DNA of 64,000 nucleotides from contig CAVVEU010000008.1 of assembly GCA_963747235.1 (NCBI GenBank), positions 256,001 to 320,000 on the forward strand, written 5' to 3'. Position 1 is the first letter of the stretch. Each line of letters starts with the position of its first letter. Shown one piece after another: positions 10,182-19,971 of the stretch. The stretch is from an uncultured Candidatus Rokubacteria bacterium (GTDB lineage: Bacteria > Methylomirabilota > Methylomirabilia > Rokubacteriales > CSP1-6). A program made the position numbers and the translations under genes. The notes below the pieces were generated by a model. The model had not been told where the DNA came from. It saw only the letters and a program-made list of their open reading frames with translations, and did no database searches.

Positions 10182-11614
10182 GGCTCGCGCGGCGCGAGGA
10201 CCCAGGTGTCCTTGCTGCCCCCGCCCTGGGAGGAGTTCACCACGTAGGAGCCCTCGCGGAGGGCGACCCGGGTGAGGCCGCCGGGCAGGACCCGGATGCG
10301 ATCGCCGTAGAGGATGAACGGGCGCAGGTCCACCCGGCGCGGCACGAACTTGCCCTCGATGTGGGTGGGGTGCGTGGAGAGCTGGACGAGCGGCTGGGCG
10401 ATGTAGTTGCCCGGGTTCTTCTTCATCGCGGCCAGGTAGGTCTCGCGCTCCTTGGCGGCCGCGAACGGCCCCATGAGCATGCCGTAGCCGCCCGCGTCCC
10501 CGGTGGTCTTCACCACGAGCTCGTCGAGGTGCTCGCTGATGTACTTGAAGTCGTCCTTGCGGAACCCGAGGTAGGTCGGCACCTGGGGCAGGAGCGCGTC
10601 CTCGCCCAGGTAGTACTTGATGAGGTTGGGCATGAACGCGTAGACCGACTTGTCGTCGGCCACCCCCGCGCCCGGCGCGTTGGCGAGCGCCACGTTGCCC
10701 TCGCGGTACACGTTGAGCAGGCCGGGCACGCCCAGCATGCTGTCGCGCCGGAAGGCGAGGGGATCGAGGAAGTCGTCGTCGATCCTCCGGTAGATCACGT
10801 CCACCTGGCGCTTGCCGTGGGTGCGCCGCATGAAGAGGTGATTGCCCTCCACCAGCAGGTCGCGCCCCTCCACCAGCGGCACGCCCATCTCGCGCGCGAG
10901 GAACGAGTGCTCGAAGTAGGCCGAGTTGTGGATGCCCGGGCTCAGCACGACCACCACCGGGTTCTGGCCGCGCCGCGGGGCCACGAAGCGGAGGGTCTCG
11001 AGCAGCAGGGTCGGGTAGTCCTTGATCGGGCGCACCGGGTAGGAGCCGAGGAACTCGGGGAAGACGCGGCTCAGGAGGTTGCGGTTCTCCAGCACGTAGG
11101 AGACGCCGCTCGGCACGCGGCAGTTGTCCTCGAGGACGAGGTAGTCCCCCTTGTCGTCGCGGATGATGTCGGTGCCGACCACGTGGGTGAAGATCTTGCG
11201 GGCCGGGACCACGCCGAGGAGCTCCCGCTTGTACTCCTTGCGCGACAGGATGAGGTCCGCGGGGACGATGCCGTCCTTGATGCACTTCTGGTCCTGGTAG
11301 ATGTCGGCGAGGAAGAGATTCAGCGTGGTGATGCGCTGGACGAGGCCGTCCTGGAGGCCCTTCCATTCGGCGGCGGGGATGATGCGGGGGACGAAGTCGA
11401 ACGGGAAGATGCGCTCGAGCCCGTCCTTCTCCCCGTAGACCGTGAAGGTGATGCCCTGGCTCCGCAGGGTGAGCTGCTGCAGCCGCTCGCGGCGCTCCAC
11501 GTCCTCCTTGGTGAAGGACTCGAGGATGGAGATGAGGGCCTCGTAGTGGGCGCGGGGATGGCCGTGGCGGTCGAAGACCTCGTCGAAGCCGTTCCGGGGC
11601 GCGACCCACTTCAT
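10178..11614 (-). CDS. Circularly permuted type 2 ATP-grasp protein
   Basis: GITFTVY, LEDNCRVPSGVSY, NSAYFEH, DVIYRRIDDDFLDP, VVNSSQGGGSKDTWV. Confidence 0.93.
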   Translation of the reverse strand: MKWVAPRNGFDEVFDRHGHPRAHYEALISILESFTKEDVERRERLQQLTLRSQGITFTVYGEKDGLERIFPFDFVPRIIPAAEWKGLQDGLVQRITTLNLFLADIYQDQKCIKDGIVPADLILSRKEYKRELLGVVPARKIFTHVVGTDIIRDDKGDYLVLEDNCRVPSGVSYVLENRNLLSRVFPEFLGSYPVRPIKDYPTLLLETLRFVAPRRGQNPVVVVLSPGIHNSAYFEHSFLAREMGVPLVEGRDLLVEGNHLFMRRTHGKRQVDVIYRRIDDDFLDPLAFRRDSMLGVPGLLNVYREGNVALANAPGAGVADDKSVYAFMPNLIKYYLGEDALLPQVPTYLGFRKDDFKYISEHLDELVVKTTGDAGGYGMLMGPFAAAKERETYLAAMKKNPGNYIAQPLVQLSTHPTHIEGKFVPRRVDLRPFILYGDRIRVLPGGLTRVALREGSYVVNSSQGGGSKDTWVLAPREP

Positions 11615-11706
11615 GGACGCGTCGCCTCCTCTGGGTCTAGAGGCTCTCTCGCGGGGCCGCCGGGTGTCAAGGCGCCCCGGGCCCGCGTGGTAGACTGGCG
11701 GGCGTC

Positions 11707-12258
11707 ATGTCGGCCGACCCGGCCCACCCGCCGCACACCCACCTCACGCCGGAGACGATCCGCTTCTGCCCCCTCTGCGGCGCGGGCCTCGTCCGGCAGC
11801 CGGTCGGGCCCGAGAAGCGCCCGGAGATGGTGTGCCCCGGCTGCAACTTCATCTACTACGTGAACCAGAAGGTGGTCGCGGGCACCATTCCGTGGCAGGA
11901 CGGCCGCCTCCTGCTCACCCGCCGGGCGATCACTCCCGCGCTCGGCAAGTGGACGTTCCCCGGCGGCTACGTGGACTGGGGCGAGACGGTGGACGCGGGC
12001 GCGCTCCGCGAGACGTGGGAGGAGACCGGGCTCACCGTCGAGCTGGACGGGCTGATCGGCGTGTACTCCTACGCGAAGGCCCCGGTGGTCATCGTGGTCT
12101 ACGAGGCGGTCGTGACGGGCGGCACCCTGACCGTCTGTCACGAGAACGACCGCCTCGAGTGGGTGACGCCCGCGGAGATCCCGTGGGACGAGCTGGCCTT
12201 CCCGTCCACGGTGGCGGCGGTGCGCGATTTCCTGACGCGCCGGACCACCCGCGGCTGA
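11707..12258 (+). CDS. Nudix hydrolase with N-terminal zinc ribbon
   Basis: FCPLCG..CPGC; Nudix box GGYVDWGETVDAGALRETWEETGL. Confidence 0.9.
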   Translation: MSADPAHPPHTHLTPETIRFCPLCGAGLVRQPVGPEKRPEMVCPGCNFIYYVNQKVVAGTIPWQDGRLLLTRRAITPALGKWTFPGGYVDWGETVDAGALRETWEETGLTVELDGLIGVYSYAKAPVVIVVYEAVVTGGTLTVCHENDRLEWVTPAEIPWDELAFPSTVAAVRDFLTRRTTRG

Positions 12259-12302
12259 CCGGATCCGGCTCAAGACAACGCGCTACCCACGTGACCTCGG
12301 TG

Positions 12303-12725
12303 TCACGGTCGCTCGTCCGGTGACGATCTTCTCGCCTTTCCCTTGGCGGCGGCGCGCTCGAGGAAGCGGGCGAGGTCGGCCACCATGACGCGCTCGTGCC
12401 GCCCCTCCGCGATCTTCTCCACGTCGTCCCACGCCTCGACCTCGAAGAGGTAGCGGAGGCCATCGGTCTCCCGCAGGACGGCCGTGGCGCGCACGCGCAT
12501 GCCGGGAGGCGTGGCGGCCAGATGGCGCACGTCGACGCCGGTGCCCACGGTGGCCGCGCCCGGCGCCAGGTGCGGGACCATCACCGCGTGCGCCGCGTGC
12601 TCGAGCAGGTTGATGACGAACGGGGTCGCGAAGACCGTGACGCCCGGATTGCCGAGGGCGTCGGCGGTGAGCTCGCGCGTGACGACGCGCTCCACGGTGG
12701 CGGCCTGTCCGGGCTCGAGCGGCAT
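12303..12725 (-). CDS. Hotdog-fold thioesterase, fluoroacetyl-CoA thioesterase (FlK) family
   Basis: VFATP..LLE, TVGT.VDVRHLAATPPG, IAEGRHER. Confidence 0.85.
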   Translation of the reverse strand: MPLEPGQAATVERVVTRELTADALGNPGVTVFATPFVINLLEHAAHAVMVPHLAPGAATVGTGVDVRHLAATPPGMRVRATAVLRETDGLRYLFEVEAWDDVEKIAEGRHERVMVADLARFLERAAAKGKARRSSPDERP

Positions 12726-12790
12726 GGGGTCTCTTCTTCTACCCCGATTGCCGCGCCAGGTCAACGGCCCGGGGCACGTATACTTGCCCG

Positions 12791-13970
12791 GTGCCCGTCC
12801 TCCTGGCCGCCCTCGGCGTGCTGCTCGTCTCCCTCGATTCCGCGATCAACATCGCGCTCCCCGCGATGGCCGCCGCCTTCGGGGTCGGGCCGGCGGAGAT
12901 TCGCTGGGTCATCATCTGCTACGTCCTCACCTACGCGTTCACCGCGTTCGCGGCGGGCCTGCTCGCGGATCGTCTCGGCCCCGGGCCGGTCTTCACGACC
13001 GGGCTCTGGCTCTGCGCGGCCGGCTTCGTGGGCTACGCGCTCGCCTCCTCCTACGGGACGGTGCTGCTGCTGCGCGTGGTGCAGGGCGTGGGCAGCGGGA
13101 TGGTCTACGGGACCGCGCCCGCGCTGGTGACGCTGTCGCTGCCGGCCGCGCGGCACGGCCGCGGGCTCGGCACGATGAGCCTCGGCATCGGCGTCGGCCT
13201 CGGGGTGGGCCCGGTGCTGGGCGGCCTGCTCGTGGACGGCTTCGGCTGGCCCGCCGCCTTCGTGTTCCGCGCGCCGCTGTTCCTGATCCTGGCGCTGCTC
13301 GCCCTCACGCGGTTCGGCCGGGTCGCCGGGGCCGCGCCCACGCCGCGCCGGCTCGCGCTGGCCGACCTGCTGCGCCTGCCCGTGCTCCGCGCGGGCACGC
13401 TCGCGTTCCTGTCGCAGTACGCGCAGTTCGCGGTCTGGCTGCTGATCCCGTTCTTCCTGGTGACCGCGCGCGGCCTCTCGCCCAGCGTGGGCGGCGTGGT
13501 CTTCGTGCTCACCCCGCTCGCCACCGCGCTCGCGGCGCCGCTGGGGGGGCTATTGACCGATCGCATCGGCCCGCGGTGGCCGCTCCGCATCGGGCTCGCG
13601 CTCGAGGCGGCCGGGCTGCTCGCGATCGGCGCGGTCAGCGAGACGACGCCGATCGCGCTCCTCGGCGCCGCCATGGCCCTGGTGGGCTTCGGGGCCGGCC
13701 TCTTCCAGGTGCCGAACCTGGCCCTGATGATGGCCGCGTTTCCGCCCGCGCAGCAGGGCGCGGCGGGCGGGCTCGCGTTCCTCGGGCGCACGCTGGGGAG
13801 CGCGGTGGGCGTGCAGGCGACCGGGCTGCTCTTCGCGGCGCGACTGCCGCGCGACGGCTTTCTCGCCGCCTTCCACGCGGCCTTCCTGGCCGCCGGCCTC
13901 GTGTGCGTCCTCGCGGCGGCTGCTGGCGCTGCTGCCGGCCCGGTCGTCCGCCCCGCGCGGCGGCCGGTGA
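12791..13970 (+). CDS. MFS transporter (first of two; probably a separate gene ending at TGA 13968-13970 after an indel near 13915)
   Basis: About 12 hydrophobic segments; LDSAINIALP, GLLADRLG, RVVQGVG. TATACT lies 6 nt before the GTG. Confidence 0.8.
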
Positions 13971-15181
13971 GCGTGCGCGGCTCGCCGTACCGGTGGGCGA
14001 TCCTCGCGGTCTGCGTCGCGGGCTTCATGCAAACCCACGTGCATCGCGTCGGCTTCGCCCCGCTGATCCCGACCTTCATCGCGGACATGGGGCTCACCTA
14101 CGCGGCGGCGGGGACCATCATGGCCGCGTACTTCTGGAGCTACGCGGTGATGCAGATCCCGGTCGGCGTGCTCACCGACCGGCTCGGCGCGCGTCGCGTG
14201 ATGCTCGGCTGCATGGGCGTGATGGCGGTGGGCGCGGTGGCCTTCTCCCTGAGCCACAGCTATGCCGAGAGCCTGATCGCGCGCTGCCTGCTCGGCACGG
14301 GCGCGGCGGCCACCTGGCTGCCGGGCCTGCGCCTGATCCAGGAGTGGTTCGAGCCGCGCGAGCGTGGCCTCGCGACCGGGCTCTTCTCGGCGGGCGGCGG
14401 CGTGGGCGCCACCACCGCCCTGCTGCTCCTGCCGATCATGGCCCAGCATCTCGGCTGGCGGGTGGGCTACGCGCTGCTCGCGGTGCCGGTGCTGGGCACC
14501 ATGGCCGCGGTCTGGTTCCTCGTGCGGGCCGAGCCCCGCGAGCGCGCCGCCGGCGCGGTGGCGGGCGTGCCGACCCAGTTCCTCGCCGCGATGCGCGAAG
14601 TGCTCGCGACGCCCGCGCTCTGGCCGTTCAACCTCTACGTGATCTTCTCCTACGGCGGCTACTTCGCCCTGCTCACCTGGCTGCCGACCTTCCTCGTGAG
14701 ATCGGAAGGGCTGACCCAGGCCGGCGCGGGCTTCGTGACCGCCCTCATCACCGGTGGCACCATCGTGTCGTGGCCGCTGGCCGGGTACCTGTCCGATCGC
14801 TTCGGGCGCCGCAAGCCGATCTTCCTGGTGAGCCAGGCCGCGAGCGTGCTGGTGTGCCTGGCCTTCGCCTACCTGGTACCGGGTACCGGGCTCGCGGGCG
14901 CGGCGGCGGTCGCCGCGTGCGCCGGGCTCCTCCTCGGGGGCCTGATCACGCCGTTCGTGATGGTGACCGAGCTGGTGCCGCCGCGCCTGATGGGGACCGC
15001 GTCCGGCGTGGTCAACGCCTTCTGCTTCGTGGGCGGGCTGCTGGTGCCGGTGGCGCTGGGCTACGCGCTCGACGTGACCGGAAGCTTTCCCGTCGCCTTC
15101 GCCGCCTGCGCGGTCTTCGAGGTGGTGGCCCTCGCCATCGGCATGTTTGCGCGGGAAACCGGACGCCGGGCCGCGGTATGA
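13967..15181 (+). CDS. MFS transporter (second)
   Basis: QIPVGVLTDRLGARR, WFEPRERGLATG, GYLSDRFGRRK; GTGA overlap at 13967-13970. Confidence 0.85.
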   Translation: MSVRGSPYRWAILAVCVAGFMQTHVHRVGFAPLIPTFIADMGLTYAAAGTIMAAYFWSYAVMQIPVGVLTDRLGARRVMLGCMGVMAVGAVAFSLSHSYAESLIARCLLGTGAAATWLPGLRLIQEWFEPRERGLATGLFSAGGGVGATTALLLLPIMAQHLGWRVGYALLAVPVLGTMAAVWFLVRAEPRERAAGAVAGVPTQFLAAMREVLATPALWPFNLYVIFSYGGYFALLTWLPTFLVRSEGLTQAGAGFVTALITGGTIVSWPLAGYLSDRFGRRKPIFLVSQAASVLVCLAFAYLVPGTGLAGAAAVAACAGLLLGGLITPFVMVTELVPPRLMGTASGVVNAFCFVGGLLVPVALGYALDVTGSFPVAFAACAVFEVVALAIGMFARETGRRAAV

Positions 15182-16779
15182 TGGCGGCCATGGAGATCCT
15201 CGACCCGGTCGGCTCGACTGCAGCAGCGTCCCGGACGCTCGCCCCGCGGCCCGCCACGCTGGCGGGCGCGGTCATCGGCGTGCTCGACAACTCGAAGCCC
15301 AATGCCCGCGTCCTGCTGGAAGGCGTGGCCCGCGCGCTCGCCCAGAAGGTCGGGGCGCGCGACGTGAAGATCTGGGGCAAGCCCGGCGCCTCCATCGGCG
15401 CCACCACCGCCGTCCTCGACGAGATCGCCGCGCAGTGCGGCGCCGTCCTCACCGCCTCCGCCGACTGAGGGTCGTGCACGTCGTGGAGTATCCACGACGC
15501 CACGCAGCTGGAAGGGCGGGGGATCGCCACCGTCGTCCTGGGCACGCATGAGTTCCGCCCGCTCGCGCTCGCCGAGGCGAAGGCCAAGGGGCTTCCCGAT
15601 CTCGGCATCGTCACGGTGCCGCATCCCATCGGCGGCATCGCCGAGAAGCTCGTCGCGGACAAGGCGCTGAACGCGGTGGACGCGGTGCTGGCCGCGCTCA
15701 CCCGCGGCGCGGCGGCCGGCGCCGGCGCGGGAGCGGTCGAGGGCGCGGTCGCCCGGCACCGGGTCCCGGACGATCTGCTCGACTTCCAGGGCTTCATGAT
15801 GGAGCGCGGCTGGGGCGACGGGCTGCCGATGATCCCGGCGACGCCCGAGCGCGTCGCGGCCATGCTCGCGGGCACCGGCCGGCCCGCGGGCGATCTGGTG
15901 GCGATCCTGCCGCCGCGGCTCGGCCGCGCGACGGTGGAGCGCGTCGCGGTCAACGCGGTGCTGGCCGGCGCGCTGCCCGAGCATTTCCCGGTCATCCTGG
16001 CCGCGGTCGAGGCGGTGGCGCAGCCCGCGTTCAACCTCCAGGCGATCCAGACCACCACGCATCCCTGCTCGCCGCTGATCATCGTCAACGGGCCGATCGC
16101 GGCGCGGCTCGGCATCAACGGGGCGGGCAACGCGCTCGGGCAGGGCCATCGCGCCAACGCGGTGATCGGGCGCGCGCTGCGGCTGGTGCTGCAGAACACC
16201 GGCGGGGCGCGGCCGGGGAGCGAGGACCGCGCCACCCAGGGCCATCCCGGCAAGTACAGCTACTGCGTCGCCGAGAACGAGGCCGCCTCGCCGTGGGAGT
16301 CGCTGTCGGTGGAGCGCGGGTTCCCGGCGGAGGTGAGCACGGTGACGGTGTGCGCCTCCGAGAGCCCGCACAACATCAACGACCACGGCTCGTTCACCCC
16401 CGAGGGCATCCTCACCACGGTGGCGGGCACGGCGGCGACGGTCGGCTCCAACAACATCTACCTGGGCGGCGAGCCGCTGGTGATCCTGGGGCCGGAGCAC
16501 GCGGCCACCGTGGCGGGCGGAGGCTGGAGCAAGGCGGATTTCAAGCGCGCGCTCTGGGAGCGGGCGCAGGTGCCGCTCTCGCGCTTCGACCCCGCGAACC
16601 TGGCGCGCTTCGAGGTCATTCATCCGGCCGGGTTCAAGGACCGGCCGCCCGAGACGCTGGCCCCGCTCGCGCGGGCGTGGACCGACATCATGATCGTGGT
16701 GGCGGGCGGGGCGGGCAAGCACTCCGTGCTGATCCCCACCTTCGGGGCCACGCGCTCGGTCACGCTCCGGATCGGGTAG
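15178..16779 (+). CDS. UGSC-family selenoprotein fused to an uncharacterised ~360-aa partner domain; Sec at TGA 15466-15468
   Basis: The frame stays open across the TGA: LTASAD-U-GSCTSWSIHD..EGRGIATVV..PHPIGG, joining track ORF 15616..16779 in frame. A SECIS-like hairpin follows the TGA. Confidence 0.88.
15479..15499 (+). promoter_or_regulatory. Bacterial SECIS-like hairpin
   Basis: CGTCGTGGA-GTA-TCCACGACG, a perfect 9-bp stem starting 10 nt after the UGA. Confidence 0.8.
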
Positions 16780-18406
16780 GGGCGTAGAGGCGGGCGAAGT
16801 ACTCCCGCACCATGCGATCCGAGCTGAAGCGCTCGGTCGCCATCCGGATCGACGCGCGCATCATGGTGGTCCAGCGCGCGGGATCCGCGAACGCGGGCAG
16901 GACGAGGCCCTCGAGCGTGTCGTAGAGCGAGTCCAGGTCGCGCGGGTCCGGATCGGCCGGGGTCGTCTCGTCGCCGATCGCCCAGCCGGTGACGCCGTGC
17001 TCGCAGCCCTCCGGCCACCAGCCGTCGAGCACCGAGAGGTTCAGCGTGCCGTTCATCGCCGCCTTCATCCCGGACGTGCCGCTGGCTTCCATCGGGCGGC
17101 GCGGCGTGTTCAGCCACACGTCGGCGCCGCGGGTGAGCACGCGGCCGAGCGCCATGTCGTAGTCCTCGAGGAACGCCACGCTCTCGGGCCACTGGCGCAG
17201 CGCGGCCACGAGCCGGGCGATCACCGCCTTGCCCTCGTGATCCGCCGGGTGCGCCTTGCCCGCGAAGAGGACCTGGACGCGGTGCCGCTTGACCAGGGCC
17301 GCGAAGCGCTCCGGATCGCGCAGCAGCAGGTCGGGCCGCTTGTAGGTCGCGGCGCGCCGCGCGAAGCCGATGGTGGGCGCGGCCGGATCGAGCCGCACCC
17401 CGGTGCGCGTCCGCACCTCCGCGAGCAGCTCGGCCTTGAGCGCGCGCTTGGCCGCCAGCAGCCGCTCGTCGCTCGCCTGCGCGGCCGGGATGCGCGCGTC
17501 CTGCCAGGTCCCGGCGTGGACCCCGTTGGTGATCGCGATGATGGGCGCCGCGTCCTTCACGTGCGCCCACATGACGCGCGCGGTCTCGCCGTGGAGCTGC
17601 GCCACCGCGTTGGCCAGGTGGGCCAGTCGCAGGCCGGCCACCGTCATGTTGAACGGGTCGCCGCCGATCTCGGCCAGCTCGCTCGGCACCAGCTCGCAGC
17701 CGGCCCCGAGCCGTCGCAGGTCCGCGAGGGGGTGCACCTCGTTGCCCGCGGGCACCGGGGTGTGGGTGGTGAAGACGATGCGCTCGCGCGCGGCGAGCCA
17801 CGCCTCCCGGAAGGTCTGCCCGGCCTCCATGCGGTCGGCGATCATCTCGATGCCCGCGAAGACGGCGTGGCCCTCGTTGAAGTGGTAGCGCTCGACCGGC
17901 AGGTGGAGCGCGCGGAGCGCCCGCACCCCGCCGATGCCCAGCAGCATCTCCTGCGCCACGCGGCAGTCCGGGCGCGGGTCGTAGAGGCGGCGGGTGATCC
18001 AGAGATCGCGCGGATCGGTGGGCTCGAGCAGGTAGAGCGGGGCGATCGCGTAGCGGCCCACACGCCAGACACGGCACTCGACCTCGCGCGCCGCGACCCG
18101 CACGCGCACGCGCGCACCGGTGTCGGTGAGCACGTCGGGTTTCTGGTCGGTCCACTCGTCGTGGGGATAGCCGTCGGCGCCGATGTGCTGGGAGGTGTAG
18201 CCCTGGCCCCAGCGGAGCCCGATGCCGACCACGGGCAGGCCGAGGTCGCCCGCCGACTTCATGAAGTCGCCCGCGAGCACGCCGAGGCCGCCCGCGTAGG
18301 AGTGGAACTCCTCGTGCAGGCCGTACTCCATCGAGAAGTAGGCCACCAGCGGAAGGCGGGCCGGGACGTTCAACGGGGCGATCTCACATTTCCGAGCATA
18401 GGACAT
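16760..18406 (-). CDS. glgP: Alpha-glucan (glycogen) phosphorylase, short form
   Basis: AYFSMEYG, YAGGLGVLAGD, HFNEGH, FTTHTP, FARRAATYKR, EASGTSGMKAAMNG. Confidence 0.92.
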   Translation of the reverse strand: MSYARKCEIAPLNVPARLPLVAYFSMEYGLHEEFHSYAGGLGVLAGDFMKSAGDLGLPVVGIGLRWGQGYTSQHIGADGYPHDEWTDQKPDVLTDTGARVRVRVAAREVECRVWRVGRYAIAPLYLLEPTDPRDLWITRRLYDPRPDCRVAQEMLLGIGGVRALRALHLPVERYHFNEGHAVFAGIEMIADRMEAGQTFREAWLAARERIVFTTHTPVPAGNEVHPLADLRRLGAGCELVPSELAEIGGDPFNMTVAGLRLAHLANAVAQLHGETARVMWAHVKDAAPIIAITNGVHAGTWQDARIPAAQASDERLLAAKRALKAELLAEVRTRTGVRLDPAAPTIGFARRAATYKRPDLLLRDPERFAALVKRHRVQVLFAGKAHPADHEGKAVIARLVAALRQWPESVAFLEDYDMALGRVLTRGADVWLNTPRRPMEASGTSGMKAAMNGTLNLSVLDGWWPEGCEHGVTGWAIGDETTPADPDPRDLDSLYDTLEGLVLPAFADPARWTTMMRASIRMATERFSSDRMVREYFARLYAPTRSGA

Positions 18407-18598
18407 ACGGCAAGTAACGCAAAGTTACCGGGGCGGGGCCGCGGGGGCGGCAGGTGGGCCGGGTGATCCGTTCCCCGCCCCCGCGAGCCCGGAGGCTCGC
18501 GATGCCGGATTGGGAACTCCTCGCGCAAGAGAACGAGCACGCGGGTCGTGATCAGAGGCCCACCTGCCGCCCCCGCGGCCCCGCCCCGGTCGCGCCGG

Positions 18599-19864
18599 CT
18601 AACGTCTGGGCTTCCACGGATGCGTGATGAGGCGGGCGCCGCGCTGCCAGCTCATGTAGGCCCACGCCCACTCGAAGAGGACGAGGAACCGATTGCGGAA
18701 GCCGATCAGGAACATGATGTGCACGAAGAGCCAGGCGAGCCACGCGGGCAGGCCGTGGAGCTGGAGGCGGCCGACCACCGCGACCGCGGCGGCCCGGCCG
18801 ATGGTGGCCATGCTGCCCTTGTCGCGGTAGCGGAAGGGCCGGGTCGGCAGCCCGGCGAGGCGCCGTCGCACGTTCGCCGCGACGGCCTGGCCCTGCTGGA
18901 TGGCCACCGGCGCCAGGCCCGGGAGCGGGTGGCCGTCGGGCCCGCGGACGCTCGACATGTCGCCGATGGCGAACACCATGGCGTGGCCGGGGATCGAGAG
19001 ATCCGGCTCCACGAGCACCCGGCCCGCGCGATCGAGCGGCACGCCGAGCGAGCGCCCGAGGGGCGCGGCGGCCACCCCCGCCGCCCACAGCACGGTGCGC
19101 GCGCGGATCTGCTCGCCGCCGAGCCACACCGCGTCGTGCGTCACCTGCGTGACCGGGGCGCCGGTGCGGATCTCGACTCCGAGGCGCGCGAGGGCAGCGG
19201 CCGCGTGGGCCGACAGTGGCGCGGGAAAGGTCGCGAGCAGGCGCGGCCCGGCCTCGACCAGGACGATCCGCGCCTTCGTCGGATCGATGAGCCGGAAGTC
19301 CCGCGCGATGGTCTCGCGCGAGATCTCCGCGAGCGCGCCCGCGAGCTCGACCCCGGTCGGCCCGCCGCCGATGACCACGGAGGTCAGGAGCGCCCGCTGC
19401 TCGGCCCCGTCCCGCTCGCGCTCCGCGTCCTCGTAGGCCAGCAGCACGCGGCGCCGGATCTCGAGCGCGTCCTCCAGGCTCTTGAGACTCGGGGCGAGCT
19501 CCTCCCAGTCGTCGTGGCCGAAGTAGGAGTTGCCCGCGCCCGCGGCGAGCACCAGCGCGTCGTAGGTCAGCTCCCCCTCGTCCAGGATGACGCGCCGGCC
19601 GGCCAGGTCCACCGACCGGACCTCGGCGAGCAGCACCGTGATGTTGGCGGCGCGCCTCAGGATCGAGCGGAGCGGCGTCGCGATGTCCGACGGATTGAGC
19701 GCGGCGGTGGCGACCTGGTAGAGCAGGGGCTGGAAGAGGTGGTGGTTGCGCCGATCGAGGAGCGTGACCCGGGCCCAGCTCCCCGCGAGCGCGCGCGCGG
19801 CGTAGAGCCCGCCGAATCCGCCGCCGACGATGACCACGTGCGGGCGCCGCGCGGGAGTGTTCAC
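18599..19864 (-). CDS. ndh: Type II NADH:quinone oxidoreductase
   Basis: GGGFGG, HLFQPLLYQVAT, GGGPTGVELAG, WAAGV, PGLAPVAIQQG, DKGSMATIGR. Confidence 0.92.
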   Translation of the reverse strand: MNTPARRPHVVIVGGGFGGLYAARALAGSWARVTLLDRRNHHLFQPLLYQVATAALNPSDIATPLRSILRRAANITVLLAEVRSVDLAGRRVILDEGELTYDALVLAAGAGNSYFGHDDWEELAPSLKSLEDALEIRRRVLLAYEDAERERDGAEQRALLTSVVIGGGPTGVELAGALAEISRETIARDFRLIDPTKARIVLVEAGPRLLATFPAPLSAHAAAALARLGVEIRTGAPVTQVTHDAVWLGGEQIRARTVLWAAGVAAAPLGRSLGVPLDRAGRVLVEPDLSIPGHAMVFAIGDMSSVRGPDGHPLPGLAPVAIQQGQAVAANVRRRLAGLPTRPFRYRDKGSMATIGRAAAVAVVGRLQLHGLPAWLAWLFVHIMFLIGFRNRFLVLFEWAWAYMSWQRGARLITHPWKPRR

Positions 19865-19893
19865 GAGGCCATCTTCCGAGGGCGCCCGAGGGG

Positions 19894-19931
19894 TGTCAAC
19901 CCTTGACAGGACGTGGGGTTGGCCCTAGGGT
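19894..19931. promoter_or_regulatory. Back-to-back sigma70 -35 elements forming a divergent promoter
   Basis: TGTCAA-CCC-TTGACA inverted repeat; plus strand TTGACA-17-TAGGGT; minus strand TTGACA-17-GAAGAT ending 6 nt before the ndh GTG. Confidence 0.65.
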
Positions 19932-19971
19932 GACCTTCGATACGAGGAGCGGGGGACAGGAGGGTGAAGGC

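Noticed and set aside
12791-15181. A single 24-TM double MFS protein
   Set aside because: An alternative frame gives a natural hydrophobic C-terminus ending at a GTGA overlap (13967-13970). Two genes plus one indel is more parsimonious, though unproven.
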